Positions 50,756 through 61,946 are shown, counted from the first letter of the whole stretch. The stretch is DNA of 63,921 nt, filler included, from Octopus bimaculoides (GCF_001194135.2; 7 parts of 7 records of this genome joined end to end with filler, not necessarily neighbours in it); one strand, 5' to 3'. Translations and numbers: made by a program. The notes: a model not told the origin generated them from the letters alone.

Positions 50756-51496
50756 AACATATATAGGCTAGAGACAGGTACCGAAGAAGGGAGATTACCC
50801 AGAAACCAATGGTCTATATATGTGCATATACAACATAATATAAATGTATGTATAAATGTGTATATAACCAAATATTCCGATGCTTGATATTAAGATATCG
50901 AATTGCTAAGCAGAAGAATTAAAAAGAAAAAAAAAAAATGTTTCTTAATGATTTTGTTACATTTTATTTAATTTCCACAATGAACAGTGTGAAGGAAACA
51001 AAAACAAGAAAACCCCCACCAAAAAACTGAAAATTAAACAAACAAATGTCTCTCAAAATTTGAGTGTAATGAATTACAATGATGTAATATAATTACCATT
51101 TTGGCCTTTCTTTTCTGTTCTTTCTTTTTACTAAGATCAAAGGGTTAGTCTTTTCTTTTTGTTTTTGTTTTCAACAGAGTTTCTTCTAAGTGAGACTGGC
51201 AACTTTCCAAAATTAATTGCTGTTGACAAGTTTAACAATCAAATTTGGTGCACTTGAGTACTGACAAATATTTCTTGTAGAGTATAGAAAACAAACTGTT
51301 ACGCACACATGCACACACACACACACACACACAAAATTAGCATGTCACACTTTCATGATTTCTCTCACTTTTTTTTCTCTCTTTCTTTTTTCAAGTTTTT
51401 GCTAATCACAGAAATTTTATTACTTGTGGCCTGTCTGCAAGAAGTCACATGTTTCCCCACCAATGCCCTTTCACAGCTAATAACAAGGGCAAAAAC

Positions 51497-51535
<39 letters not shown>

Positions 51536-52136
51536 AATGGAAAATAGTTTACAAATCATATGCAACAAAACAATTGTGCAATGCTGTTGATTGTGAGTGA
51601 AATTATGAATGAATTGCAGTGTTAGTAAGAGAATGTTTGGAAGTGTGAATTTATAGGAATTATAAAACATGAAAACAACTAATCAAATGAAACTTCATTA
51701 ATGAAGAAAACAAAAAAAAAAAAGAAACAGAAAAAGCTTGTAACAACAGAATATATTAGACAGTGAATACTGAGTGATATATTGTTAGGTAAGGCATCAA
51801 GATGTAAAATATTCAATTTAAATACATATGGTCTTATTTAGTTATATGTCATGTATTGTTGTTGGTGTTGGCATTAACCCATCCAAGCAGTGAAGGGCTG
51901 ATGGTAATGACTAACATGTCTCTTAAAATTACTGATCTTGTGCCTAAGTTAGAAGTATTTTTCTGTTAGATAACAGTGATACATGACATATAACTAAATA
52001 AGACCATAGGTATTTAAACCTGTTAATTTCATTGTCATTTTTGTCATGGAAAATGTTAATTTTATGTAATTGAAGTTGACTTTACTTTTCATCCATTTGG
52101 GGTTCGTAAAATAATCTTGGCCTTTTACTAATTTAT

Positions 52137-52168
<32 letters not shown>

Positions 52169-52530
52169 CTGCCAAGACAGATGACAACGTTTCCCTAAAA
52201 GAAATGGAAAAAACTTTCACAATACAAAGACCTGGAAATAGAGGTAACTCGAATGTGGAATCTATAAACAGAAACAATTCCTATCATAGTAGGTGCCTTA
52301 GGTATAATAAAAAAATATTTAGACAAATACATAACAAAAACACCAGGACTTACAAATATATATAACATACAGAAAATTGCACTACTGGGCACTGCACACA
52401 TCCTACGCAAAACACTTTCAATACAGTAACCATAAGAGCTTCACAGCAAACCACAGCACATACCCAAGGCACATTGAGCTGCGCTCGGTAGTGAAGTGAA
52501 AGCACGTTATAAAAATAAAACTATTGAACA
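52169..52530 (+). mobile_element. R4/Dong-like fragment, subfamily A
   Basis: DDNVSLKEMEK/LSQYKDLEIEVTRMWNL*TETIPIIVGALG...KIALLGTAHILRKTLSIQ* plus 3'UTR, between (TAA)n tracts. Confidence 0.88.
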
Positions 52531-52544
52531 ATAATAATAATAAT

Positions 52545-52918
52545 CCTTTCTATTATAGGCACAAGGCCTGAAATTTTGGGGGAGGGGGTAAGTTGATTAT
52601 CTTGAACTCAGTAATCAACTGGTACTTATTTTATTGACTCTTGAAAGGATGAAAGGCAAAGTTGATCTCAGTGGAATTTGAACTCAAAATGTAATGAAAG
52701 ACAAAATGCTGCTAAGCATTTAGTCAGGAATACTAATGATTCTGACTAGTGGGATAAGGTAAGTCAATTAAGCCAACTCCAGTATTTGACTGGTACTATG
52801 TTTTGTTGCAAAGCAAAGTTAACCTTGGTGAGATTTGAGGTCAAAACAAAAAGAGTTATAACTAAATACTACAAGGCATTTTGTTCAAGTCTCTAATGAT
52901 TCTATCAATCCATTACCT
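52545..52918 (+). mobile_element. Two tandem SINE family B copies (second more decayed)
   Basis: The B core motif is present twice, with CpGs converted to TG/CA. Confidence 0.75.
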
Positions 52919-52932
52919 TAATAATAATAATA

Positions 52933-53840
52933 ACAAAACTGAAAATTGAGTAATGAGAGAAAAAGTTAAACAAGAAATGAACAAAAAAAAAAAAGAAAAG
53001 GCACAGAAAGAAAAGAAAATGTACAGTCAGTTTGCAAGAGATGTGAATGCCAAGACAGATAGAGGATCGGTGGCTGTGGATGCGGAAGAGTGACCTAAAG
53101 ATAGAAACAGAAGCACTCATGTGTGCAGCTCAAGAACAAGCATTAAGGGCCAACTATGTGAAATGCAGAATAGACAACACTACCTACAGCAACAAATGTA
53201 GAATGTGTGGTGAGAAGAGTGAAATAGTATGGCACATCGTTAGTGAATGCCTGAAATTGGCACAATGCGGATACAATAAATGCCATGACAATGTTGCAAG
53301 AATGATTCATTGGGAGCTCTGTAGAAATCATGGCTTACAAAGAGCAAAGACATGGTATGAGCAATCCCCAGAAATAGTCACCAAGAATGAGGATTGCAAA
53401 ATCCTGTGGGATGCAATGATCCAGTGCAATCACCTGACCAGACATTGGAAACCGGACATTGTTGTGGTGAATAAAAAGAAAGAACATGCATGATAATTGA
53501 CATAGCATGCCCTGGTGACAACAGGATCAAAGTAAAAGAAGAAAAAATAAACAACTATGACAGTTTGAAGTGGGAAATACGAAAGTTGTGGTCAATGAGG
53601 AGAGTGGACATGATACAAATAGTAATTGGTGCACTTGGAAGTTTCAGCACTCAACTACCAGCATGGCTGAAAAAGATTAGTGCAAGTGTGAAGGTAGAAC
53701 ACCTACAAAAATCAGCATTGCTTGGAACTGCAAGAATTCTTGAAGCATGACCAGTAAACACGTGTCACCTTAGTCTGTTGGTTGTGGACAGCTGACGCTT
53801 TCCATCATACCCAGCAAAATAAGCTGTGAGTTTTCATCAC
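52933..53840 (+). mobile_element. 5'-truncated R4/Dong-like non-LTR retrotransposon, subfamily B
   Basis: KSDLKIETEALMCAAQEQAL; CCHC knuckle CRMCGEKSEIVWHIVSEC; HDNVA; KPDIVVVNKK..IIDIACPGD; VIGALG; LQKSALLGTARIL; then 3'UTR and (TAA)n. Confidence 0.95.
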
Positions 53841-53863
53841 ATAATAATAATAATAATAATAAT

Positions 53864-54244
53864 CTTAATTGAGAAAGAAAACAAACTATGCTGGATCAGA
53901 GACATAGCATGCCCAGCTGACAAGGTATGCAATAAGGAAGAAAGAAAAGTCGAGAGATATGACAGGTTAGCTTGGGAAGTTAAGCAGTTGTGGTCGATGA
54001 AAAAGGTAGCAGTAGTACCAACAATTGTCGGAGCCCTGGGAACAGTGAGCAAAAATCTTGAGAAGTACGTGGAACAAATAGGGGCTGCAATAAGGGTAGC
54101 ACACTTGCAGAAAACAGCATTGCTTGGAACCGCTCAAACACTCCGGATGGTGCTTGAAAAATAAGAGGTGTTACCTTAGTTCACTGGTAGTGACCAGCTG
54201 ACACTGTAGTACGTCGCCAGCGTTAGAAGCTGTGCCAAAGGCAA
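53864..54244 (+). mobile_element. 5'-truncated R4/Dong-like element, subfamily C
   Basis: LIEKENKLCWIRDIACPAD..KEERKVERYDRLAWEVKQLWSMKKVAVVPTIVGALG..LQKTALLGTA plus 3'UTR, between (TAA)n tracts. Confidence 0.92.
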
Positions 54245-54261
54245 CAATAATAATAATAATA

Positions 54262-54467
54262 ATTTTGGTACAAGGCCAGTAATTGTGGGGTAGGGAGCAA
54301 GTTCTTTACATCGAGTCCAGTGCTTAATTTGTCCTTATTTTATTGACCCCAAAAGGACAAAAGGTAAAGTTGACCATGGTGGCATTTGAACTCAGAATGT
54401 AAAGTCGGAAGAAATGTTGCTAAACATTTTGTTTGGCATGGTAATGATTCTGCCAGCTTATTGCCAT
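54262..54467 (+). mobile_element. SINE family B (CpG-decayed)
   Basis: attgaccccaaaaggacaaaaggtaaagttgaccatggtggcatttgaactcag. Confidence 0.78.
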
Positions 54468-55844
54468 AATAATAATGTTGATGATGGTGATGATAATTGT
54501 TGTTTGTAATGTAACATAGCTCTGGGAAAGAACTGGATTTACCATGTTTAATTTGATGCGAGTAAACTTTCTTTATCTCATTTTCCCAACAAAAGACTTT
54601 AGAAATATTTGAGTGTTCTCATTACCTCAGGGTGGAAGAATAAGGTTTGTCCTTGGATATATGTTATATTTCATATTTTTTATAAACATTAATTACTTGT
54701 GATTTAACAAGGCTTCTTCTATAGGAGCAGGAAGCGATGTCAGCTACACATGTGGTATCAATGAATAGGCTCCAAAGGATTTTGAAAAAAAAATTTTAAA
54801 TTTTATAAAAAGTAACACAATAAAAAACGATAAACAAGTGACACAAAAGTTATTACAAGTAAACAAGTATATAGAATTGTAAACACTGACATTTACACTT
54901 TACTGAATGCAAAATGTAGTGAGAGTTTTAATAAGTATTGTAAAACAACAGCCACAGCTTTGCTAAGGTTATGAAATAGAGAAAGAGACACACTGGACTT
55001 AGGTTGGCTACAGGACAAGTAAAAAAAATATGTGGGAAAGTTATCTTACAAAAGATTGTGACTTCTTGATCATGATTTCACTGAGGAAAGAGCAAGAAGG
55101 AACATGACATACCATTGCTTCTCAAAAAGACAAGATTTGGACAGTTCCATATGGCCTTGAAAGAGCAGTGAGAAAAACTCCTGTACTACTGGCCTCATTT
55201 CTTCTGGTAACTAGAATACAAGAAATTGTTGTATCATCAATGTCATAGGCACGAAAGGCTGTCAAAGAGGTGAAGTACCAAGAAGCTAAGAGACTCCTCT
55301 CCAACAACAAAGTTGGTCAGAGGCCATAACAAGCAGCAATGACCATTGTTTTGTGACAATGGGGAGAAAATAAAAACTGGATAAGAGTGATAAACTGTGG
55401 CAACAGCATAAAATAAAAGACATTGCTACAACAAAAGAAAACAATGAGTTTAAACTGAAGAGAAAGTACACAAAGAGAATCCTATCCTCTTAGAATACAT
55501 CAACTTTAAAGTGGAATGCTTGATTCAAAATTAAAACTAGAAGAAAATAAAATTGGAGGCAGCATTAGTTGACTTTGGGTGATAGACTTTTGCTAAAAGC
55601 TATACTGGTAGTCAATCAGCATTTGAGGGACAGAAAATATAGAACCTGACACAGCTCAACAGGGCCAAAACTGCTCACCAGTATTTTCAGATGTGCCACT
55701 TTCCAGTACCAGGAACAGAAGTTCGTTGGGGGTAATGGATGCCCTGATCTTACATAGGTGGTGGCTTCTCACCTCGGTGTGAGTAGGTTGCCATATTTGT
55801 TTTTCTCAGTGGGATCTGAACTTAGTATGTAAAAAACTAGAATG

Positions 55845-56065
55845 AACATTGGTTTCAAATTTTGGCCCAAGGCCAGCTGTTTTGGGGCAGGGGTAAGTTG
55901 ATTATATTGACCCCAGTGCTCAAATGGTATTTATTTTATTGATCCTGAAAGGATGAAAGGCAAAGTCAACCTTGGTGGAATTTGAACTCAGAAGAGAAAG
56001 ACAGACAAAATACTGCTAAGCATTTTACCTGGTGTACTAACGATTCTTCCAGCTCACCACCTTGG
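55845..56065 (+). mobile_element. SINE family B (CpG-decayed)
   Basis: attgatcctgaaaggatgaaaggcaaagtcaaccttggtggaatttgaactcag. Confidence 0.8.
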
Positions 56066-56535
56066 CTGGAGTGAATATTACAAAGTATTTTGTCAGACAC
56101 TCTAATGATTCTCCCAATCCACCTATCACATAAATAAATATATAACTAAAGTTTTGTGTCATAATGCAAGTTGAATTATTGTATACACTGCAGAATGAAA
56201 CATCTCTATTCCAAAACACAGAACTAGAAATAAATATATCAATAAATAAATAACAGCAAAGAAAAATAACAACCTAAACAAAGAAAAATTATTTTCTTAT
56301 TCTGTAAAAAAAAAAAAAACGAAAAGAAAAGAAAAACCTTTACCATACTTTAAATTCGAATGCCATATTAGAAAAAGTTACCATGAATATTTTAGCAATT
56401 ATTCTTGTCATTAAAAATATAACTTGTCACAAAACCGGAGTCAATTTCAGGCTAAGGTTCTATTCCCATTGGATTGGTGGCAGAATATAAAACTTCAGAA
56501 ACTTATTGCATTAAATAATCTCAATGTGGCAATAC

Positions 56536-56577
56536 CTCATATTTTCAAACTTTATAAAGAGCTGAAATATTGGAAAT
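56536..56577 (-). CDS. Candidate 42-nt exon (R/FPIFQLFIKFENM/R)
   Basis: Acceptor ttattctgaacag|, donor GAG|GTATTG, phase 2-2, and frame-compatible with 57827-58126. Could be chance. Confidence 0.3.
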
Positions 56578-57159
56578 CTGTTCAGAATAACCCAATGTGC
56601 ACATTAATATCATTTGAATGAAATGCTTGGCACCCATCTATCACTAACAAGGTTTTGTTCATGTTCTAGCATTAACACACTCTGCTTTTCACTCAACACA
56701 ATTATTATCACTAGGGATGTTTGGTTTCCACTATAAAACTACAAAAATACCTAGTAAAGATTAATGGAAAACTAATGCAAACAGCTACAAAACATGTAAC
56801 TCTCCTCTCTTTCGAAAATAAATAGATTAAAAAAAACCTCTAACTGTCATAGACCAGCTATGAGAAACACTGATACAGAGTATTGTCAGTATGTTACAAA
56901 ATACACAACCAAAGCAAAACATTGCTCCTACCTAGGGTCCACAGGACTGCACTCAGTAGTGCAATTAAAGTAAGACTATTTCATGATGATGATGATACAG
57001 TGATAATGATGATTTCTCAGGTTGGTGCAATGTGATAAATTTATATGCAAGTTACAATGGCTTGAGAAGTTGATGCGTCCTTTCTGTGAATGTGAAATCT
57101 GAGCAACAGGATTGTCAATAACTGGCAATTGTCTTCTTTATAGTACCAAAATAATACAT

Positions 57160-57740
57160 CATCATCCCCTTATTTTACATCCAGCTTTAAATGCTTGCAT
57201 GAACTGGATGGGTCTTCTCCATCACAGTATTTTACTTGTCGCCTTTTTCATGAAATTTGGTATTCTATGATTGAACATCTGATACTTCTTTGCCCTAGTT
57301 TTTCTCTTAGTCCATTTGTGCTCTGTCATTCATGTTACATGAACATTTACACATCAAGCAGAGTATGCTCATCTCATTTCTTTCCAGTTTCGCACATCAT
57401 CATTTAATTCTCATATTTCACAACCATACAACACCACACTCAAAACATAAGCATCATACAATATGACATTCATTCAAGAGTGAAAATCCTTTTGTTATTA
57501 AGAGGTAATAGCTCCTGAAACTTTCCCCATTCTGTTCTTATTTACTTCAGAGGTGCTTTTACTGCTAACTACACCTGCGCATTTGCTATATACAGTCTTC
57601 AGTCAGCAGCCAGTCTGTGATCCCACTGTCTTCTTGTGCAATTGTAGATTCCATTGGGTACACTGTATGATATTCCTACCTACTCCTTTTCTGCATTTTG
57701 AATAAGTATGGCAGCAGAGTCCTGTCTTTTCACTAAGCAG
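57160..57740 (-). mobile_element. Degenerate RTE-clade LINE 3' fragment with (GAT)n tail
   Basis: Minus strand: CRKGVGRNIIQC...RIEWGKFQELLPLITKGFSL..LYDA..YGCE..RKLERNEMSILCLMC..DRAQ..LREKLG.RSIRC, with frameshifts. Confidence 0.78.
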
Positions 57741-57826
57741 AATTTTTGTTTTTGCTATGCTTGTTCAGGAAAATTAATTCTATAATGCTGCAGGACTTGT
57801 CAGTATGGTAGACAATACAGAACTAC

Positions 57827-58126
57827 CTTAGAGACACTACAATTCTAGGTTTCAGTAAGAGTGGTTCATATTTACAGACATTACTGTTTGCATAATTAAT
57901 GTGTGAGCTGAAAGCAGATGTGCTAAAGGGATAGTTAACTTCAATAATTGTGTGACAGGTTGGGATAAGGTCTGTAAAGCTTATAGTCATGTATATATCA
58001 AAGACAGTAGGATCCTGATTGTCATCATCATTGCTTTCATCTGTAACATCATAAGTCAATACAGGTTCCTTAAGGTGGTTGCTCAACATACTAGAAAAAG
58101 TAGCTAAATCTCTTTCAAATTCCACC
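57827..58126 (-). CDS. Coding exon of an unidentified gene (VEFERDLATFSSMLSNHLKEPV...CKYEPLLLKPRIVVSL/R)
   Basis: A 100-codon open frame in very AT-rich DNA, bounded exactly by acceptor ctttccatttttctaagactgcag| and donor AAG|GTAGTT; 300 nt, phase 2-2. Confidence 0.6.
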
Positions 58127-58391
58127 CTGCAGTCTTAGAAAAATGGAAAGCCAATTGGAAAATATGGTTACAAGTATATTATGTCTGGAAGAAACAAAAT
58201 AAAACAAAACTAAAAAACAGAGGTGGGGGAGGGTGTTCAAAGCTGGACCGCCTTTAATGATAGGTCAGCTTGATCAGAGCTGATCTGGAATTAAATGAGA
58301 AAAAACAATAAGCTGAGTAGAGTTTAATAACCATTATTGGTTGTGGAACTAAAGCAGTGAAGCAGGTTTTTGTCTCAAACAAATCTGTCAA

Positions 58392-58431
<40 letters not shown>

Positions 58432-58462
58432 TGAGAGAGAGAGAGAGAGAGAGAGTTAGAGA

Positions 58463-58494
<32 letters not shown>

Positions 58495-59822
58495 TAGAGA
58501 GAGAGANNNNNNNNNNNNNNNNNNNNNNNNNNNNNNNNNNNNNNNNNNNNNNNNNNNNNNNNNNNNNNNNNNNNNNNNNNNNNNNNNNNNNNNNNNNNNN
58601 NNNNNNNNNNNNNNNNNNNNNNNNNNNNNNNNNNNNNNNNNNNNNNNNNNNNNNNNNNNNNNNNNNNNNNNNNNNNNNNNNNNNNNNNNNNNNNNNNNNN
58701 NNNNNNNNNNNNNNNNNNNNNNNNNNNNNNNNNNNNNNNNNNNNNNNNNNNNNNNNNNNNNNNNNNNNNNNNNNNNNNNNNNNNNNNNNNNNNNNNNNNN
58801 NNNNNNNNNNNNNNNNNNNNNNNNNNNNNNNNNNNNNNNNNNNNNNNNNNNNNNNNNNNNNNNNNNNNNNNNNNNNNNNNNNNNNNNNNNNNNNNNNNNN
58901 NNNNNNNNNNNNNNNNNNNNNNNNNNNNNNNNNNNNNNNNNNNNNNNNNNNNNNNNNNNNNNNNNNNNNNNNNNNNNNNNNNNNNNNNNNNNNNNNNNNN
59001 NNNNNNNNNNNNNNNNNNNNNNNNNNNNNNNNNNNNNNNNNNNNNNNNNNNNNNNNNNNNNNNNNNNNNNNNNNNNNNNNNNNNNNNNNNNNNNNNNNNN
59101 NNNNNNNNNNNNNNNNNNNNNNNNNNNNNNNNNNNNNNNNNNNNNNNNNNNNNNNNNNNNNNNNNNNNNNNNNNNNNNNNNNNNNNNNNNNNNNNNNNNN
59201 NNNNNNNNNNNNNNNNNNAAGCCCTTTAGAAGTTCTGATTCCAATGATCAGAAGAAAATGCGAGAAATCAACAACAAAAGCAATGTCTCAAAGAAAAGCA
59301 GCACACAAAACAGCTCCACCACCACCACCACCACCACCACCACCACCGTCACCACCATGCCTAACAACAACAACAACAACAACAAAATCATCTCTAAATT
59401 TAATTTCTCTTACTTTGCTTTCCTGCATTTTACTTTATGACATTAGCTGCTCCTGATCTTCCCACCTTTGTTCTGCTTTCTGTCGATAGCTAAAGTAATT
59501 GAGTAACACGTCCACGGCTGCATTAAGACAATTTGATAAGCTACGAATGATGTAGAGCACTAATTTGCTGTGCAAGAGCGTGATGTCATGGGTTCATCAA
59601 TTAAAATAAGTAAGAAGACATTGGTGTGCAGAGAAAAGGAATGCGATATGATAATAATTATGAAATGTATGTATGTATGCAACTAGAGGAATGTACTTAT
59701 GTGTCATGAATCCGCAAAGCGATCTTTCTCAGGGATCAGTTATAATAATATTTTGATATAAAGATGCTTACTGTTTGAGACCATTAGACTGGTAACATCT
59801 ACTATATTTAACAATTTTACGA

Positions 59823-59860
<38 letters not shown>

Positions 59861-59892
59861 ATAATAATAATAATGATAATAATAATAATAAT

Positions 59893-60085
59893 TCTTTCTA
59901 CTATTGGCACAAAGCCTGAAATTTTGGAGCAAGTTGATTACATCAACTCCAGTGACTGACTGGTACTTATTTCATTGACCCTAAAAGGATGAAAGACAAA
60001 GTCGACCTTGGCAGAATTTAAACTCAGAACATAAGGATGGACAAAATGCCGCTAATGTGCTAATGAATCTGCAGCTCACCACCTT
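59893..60085 (+). mobile_element. SINE family B in (TAA)n
   Basis: ctttctactattggcacaaagcc...aaaaggatgaaagacaaagtcgaccttggcagaatttaaactcag. Confidence 0.8.
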
Positions 60086-60097
60086 AATAATAATAAT

Positions 60098-60328
60098 CAT
60101 CATCATCATCATCATCGTTTAACGTCCGCTTTCCATGCTAGCATGGGTTGGACGATTTGACTGAGGACTGGTGAAACCGGATGGCAACACCAGGCTCCAG
60201 TCTGATTTGGCAGAGTTTCTACAGCTGGATGCCCTTCCTAACGCCAACCACTCAGAGAGTGTAGTGGGTGCTTTTACGTGTCACCCGCACGAAAACGGCC
60301 ACGCTCGAAATGGTGTCTTTTATGTGCC
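60098..60328 (-). mobile_element. Retroposon family E, cut by gap
   Basis: Reverse complement of the 3' part of 47221-47538; I noticed only one substitution. Confidence 0.85.
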
Positions 60329-60428
60329 NNNNNNNNNNNNNNNNNNNNNNNNNNNNNNNNNNNNNNNNNNNNTTAATTAATTAANNNNNNNNNNNNNNNN
60401 NNNNNNNNNNNNNNNNNNNNNNNNNNNN

Positions 60429-60463
<35 letters not shown>

Positions 60464-60488
60464 CTCAAACAAATATATACAGACAAAT

Positions 60489-60760
60489 AATGGTGTGTCA
60501 AAAAATATCCGACCTTTGACCACAAAACAGCTAATATTAAAACCTAAAAACATCACCATTTTGATTTAATCTCCTTCAAAGTATTTGCATTGGGAGTCTA
60601 CAAACTTCTGTCAGCGTTGCTGCCACGGCTGGAAACATTTGCGGAAATCACTTTTTGGGATGCTGTAGAGCTGTGCCGTCGAATTTTGCTTAATGTGTTC
60701 TGTTGACACATCAGTTTCGGGTGGGAGAAACCAATACCGAATACTTTTTGAACACACATA
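60489..60760 (-). mobile_element. mariner internal-deletion derivative
   Basis: Imperfect TIRs tggtgtgtcaaaaaatatccga / ccgaatactttttgaacacaca. Minus strand encodes IPKSDFRKCFQPWQQR*QKFVDSQCKYFEGD* (mariner C-terminus). Confidence 0.78.
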
Positions 60761-61043
60761 TTTATATGTATATGTATATATACGTGTGTGTATGTGTTTG
60801 TATGTATGTATGTATGTACGTATGTATGTATATATATANNNNNNNNNNNNNNNNNNNNNNNNNNNNNNNNNNNNNNNNNNNNNNNNNNNNNNNNNNNNNN
60901 NNNNNNNNNNNNNNNNNNNNNNNNNNNNNNNNNNNNNNNNNNNNNNNNNNNNNNNNNNNNNNNNNNNNNNNNNNNNNNNNNNNNNNNNNNNNNNNNNNNN
61001 NNNNNNNNNNNNAGAAGGAGACACAAACTAAAAAAAGAGAAAT

Positions 61044-61049
61044 TTTATT
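61044..61049 (-). terminator. AATAAA polyadenylation signal candidate of the Ig-like gene
   Basis: Plus-strand TTTATT, ~43 nt downstream of the stop at 61092. Confidence 0.4.
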
Positions 61050-61091
61050 TTCCAAAGTTTCAGTATAATGTTTGTGCAAAACGGGATGTGG

Positions 61092-61186
61092 TTAGCGAGA
61101 AATTGCAACATCCAGAAGCAGAAGAATGAGATTGATGATCAAAACCCATTTAGAGAATTGTACACCTGAACCGGTATTGCAACGAT
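61092..61186 (-). CDS. Terminal coding exon, GPI-anchor-signal-like C-terminus (D/RCNTGSGVQFSKWVLIINLILLLLDVAISR*)
   Basis: Strong acceptor tctatcttgtctttgcag|, phase 1 matching the upstream exon. Small residues (NTGSG) are followed by a spacer, a hydrophobic tail and an immediate stop. Confidence 0.7.
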
Positions 61187-61420
61187 CTGCAAAGACAAGA
61201 TAGACATGTATCCAGGAAAATATTTGGTCAATCAAAGAATGAAGATTAATAGCTGATGGCAAAATAAAGTTTACGTTTATACATGGAAAAAAAAATACGT
61301 TTATACGACTTTAAATATTATGTTCATTTGTTTGCGCGTGCGCGTAGGTGTGTGTGTGTGTGTGCGCGCGCGCGCGCGCACGTGTACGCGTGTAATATGA
61401 GAAAGAGAATATTTGCTTAC

Positions 61421-61738
61421 CTTTAGTCCAAGTATAGACAGATCTCGTACGTGTCTGGTTAAATACTGTACATTTGACGGATGTATACGAACCGGGATTT
61501 TTTAAAGAATTGCATGGATAGAATGAAGATATCTCAGTATAACATTTGTCAAAAGCAGGGACAGTCACAGCTTCTACTCTATCATCTGTTTTATCTGTAA
61601 AATATCTTCCAATTTCCCATTGAAAGGCGACGTCATTTTTCTGAGGTAATACAGCATTTGCCACGCACAAGTATCCAGAGTCGTTGCTCCATTTATTGGG
61701 ACCGCTAATATACTCCATTATCTTTATAGAAGATACCG
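61421..61738 (-). CDS. Ig-like domain exon (VSSIKIMEYISGPNKWSNDSGYLCVANAVLPQKNDVAFQWEIG...VKCTVFNQTRTRSVYTWTK)
   Basis: Acceptor atttattttcag|, donor AAG|GTAAGC; 318 nt, symmetric phase 1-1. Has a B-strand Cys, Trp at +16, F-strand Cys at +65 and an extra Cys pair. Confidence 0.75.
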
Positions 61739-61899
61739 CTGAAAATAAATGTTAAAACAATATTTTCATAATAACACAACGGATAGACGCGTTGATTCAA
61801 ACTATAGTATTGATACATGGCTAAAATGTTGAACACCTCTCAAACTAACTGATTTGCTATTGTACCATGCACGGTTGTTCTTGTTAAAAAGTAGTCTAT

Positions 61900-61946
61900 A
61901 TACTCTTTTACTCGTTTCAGTCATTTGACTGCGGCCATGCTGGGGC
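61900..61946 (-). mobile_element. SINE family A tail running into gap
   Basis: actcttttactcgtttcagtcatttgactgcggccatgctggggc. Confidence 0.8.

Noticed and set aside
49486-51270. Strong plus-strand acceptors at ~49485 and ~51178
   Set aside because: Each is followed by early stops and has no matching donor or partner exon. They cannot be separated from chance, although a plus-strand UTR exon is not excluded.
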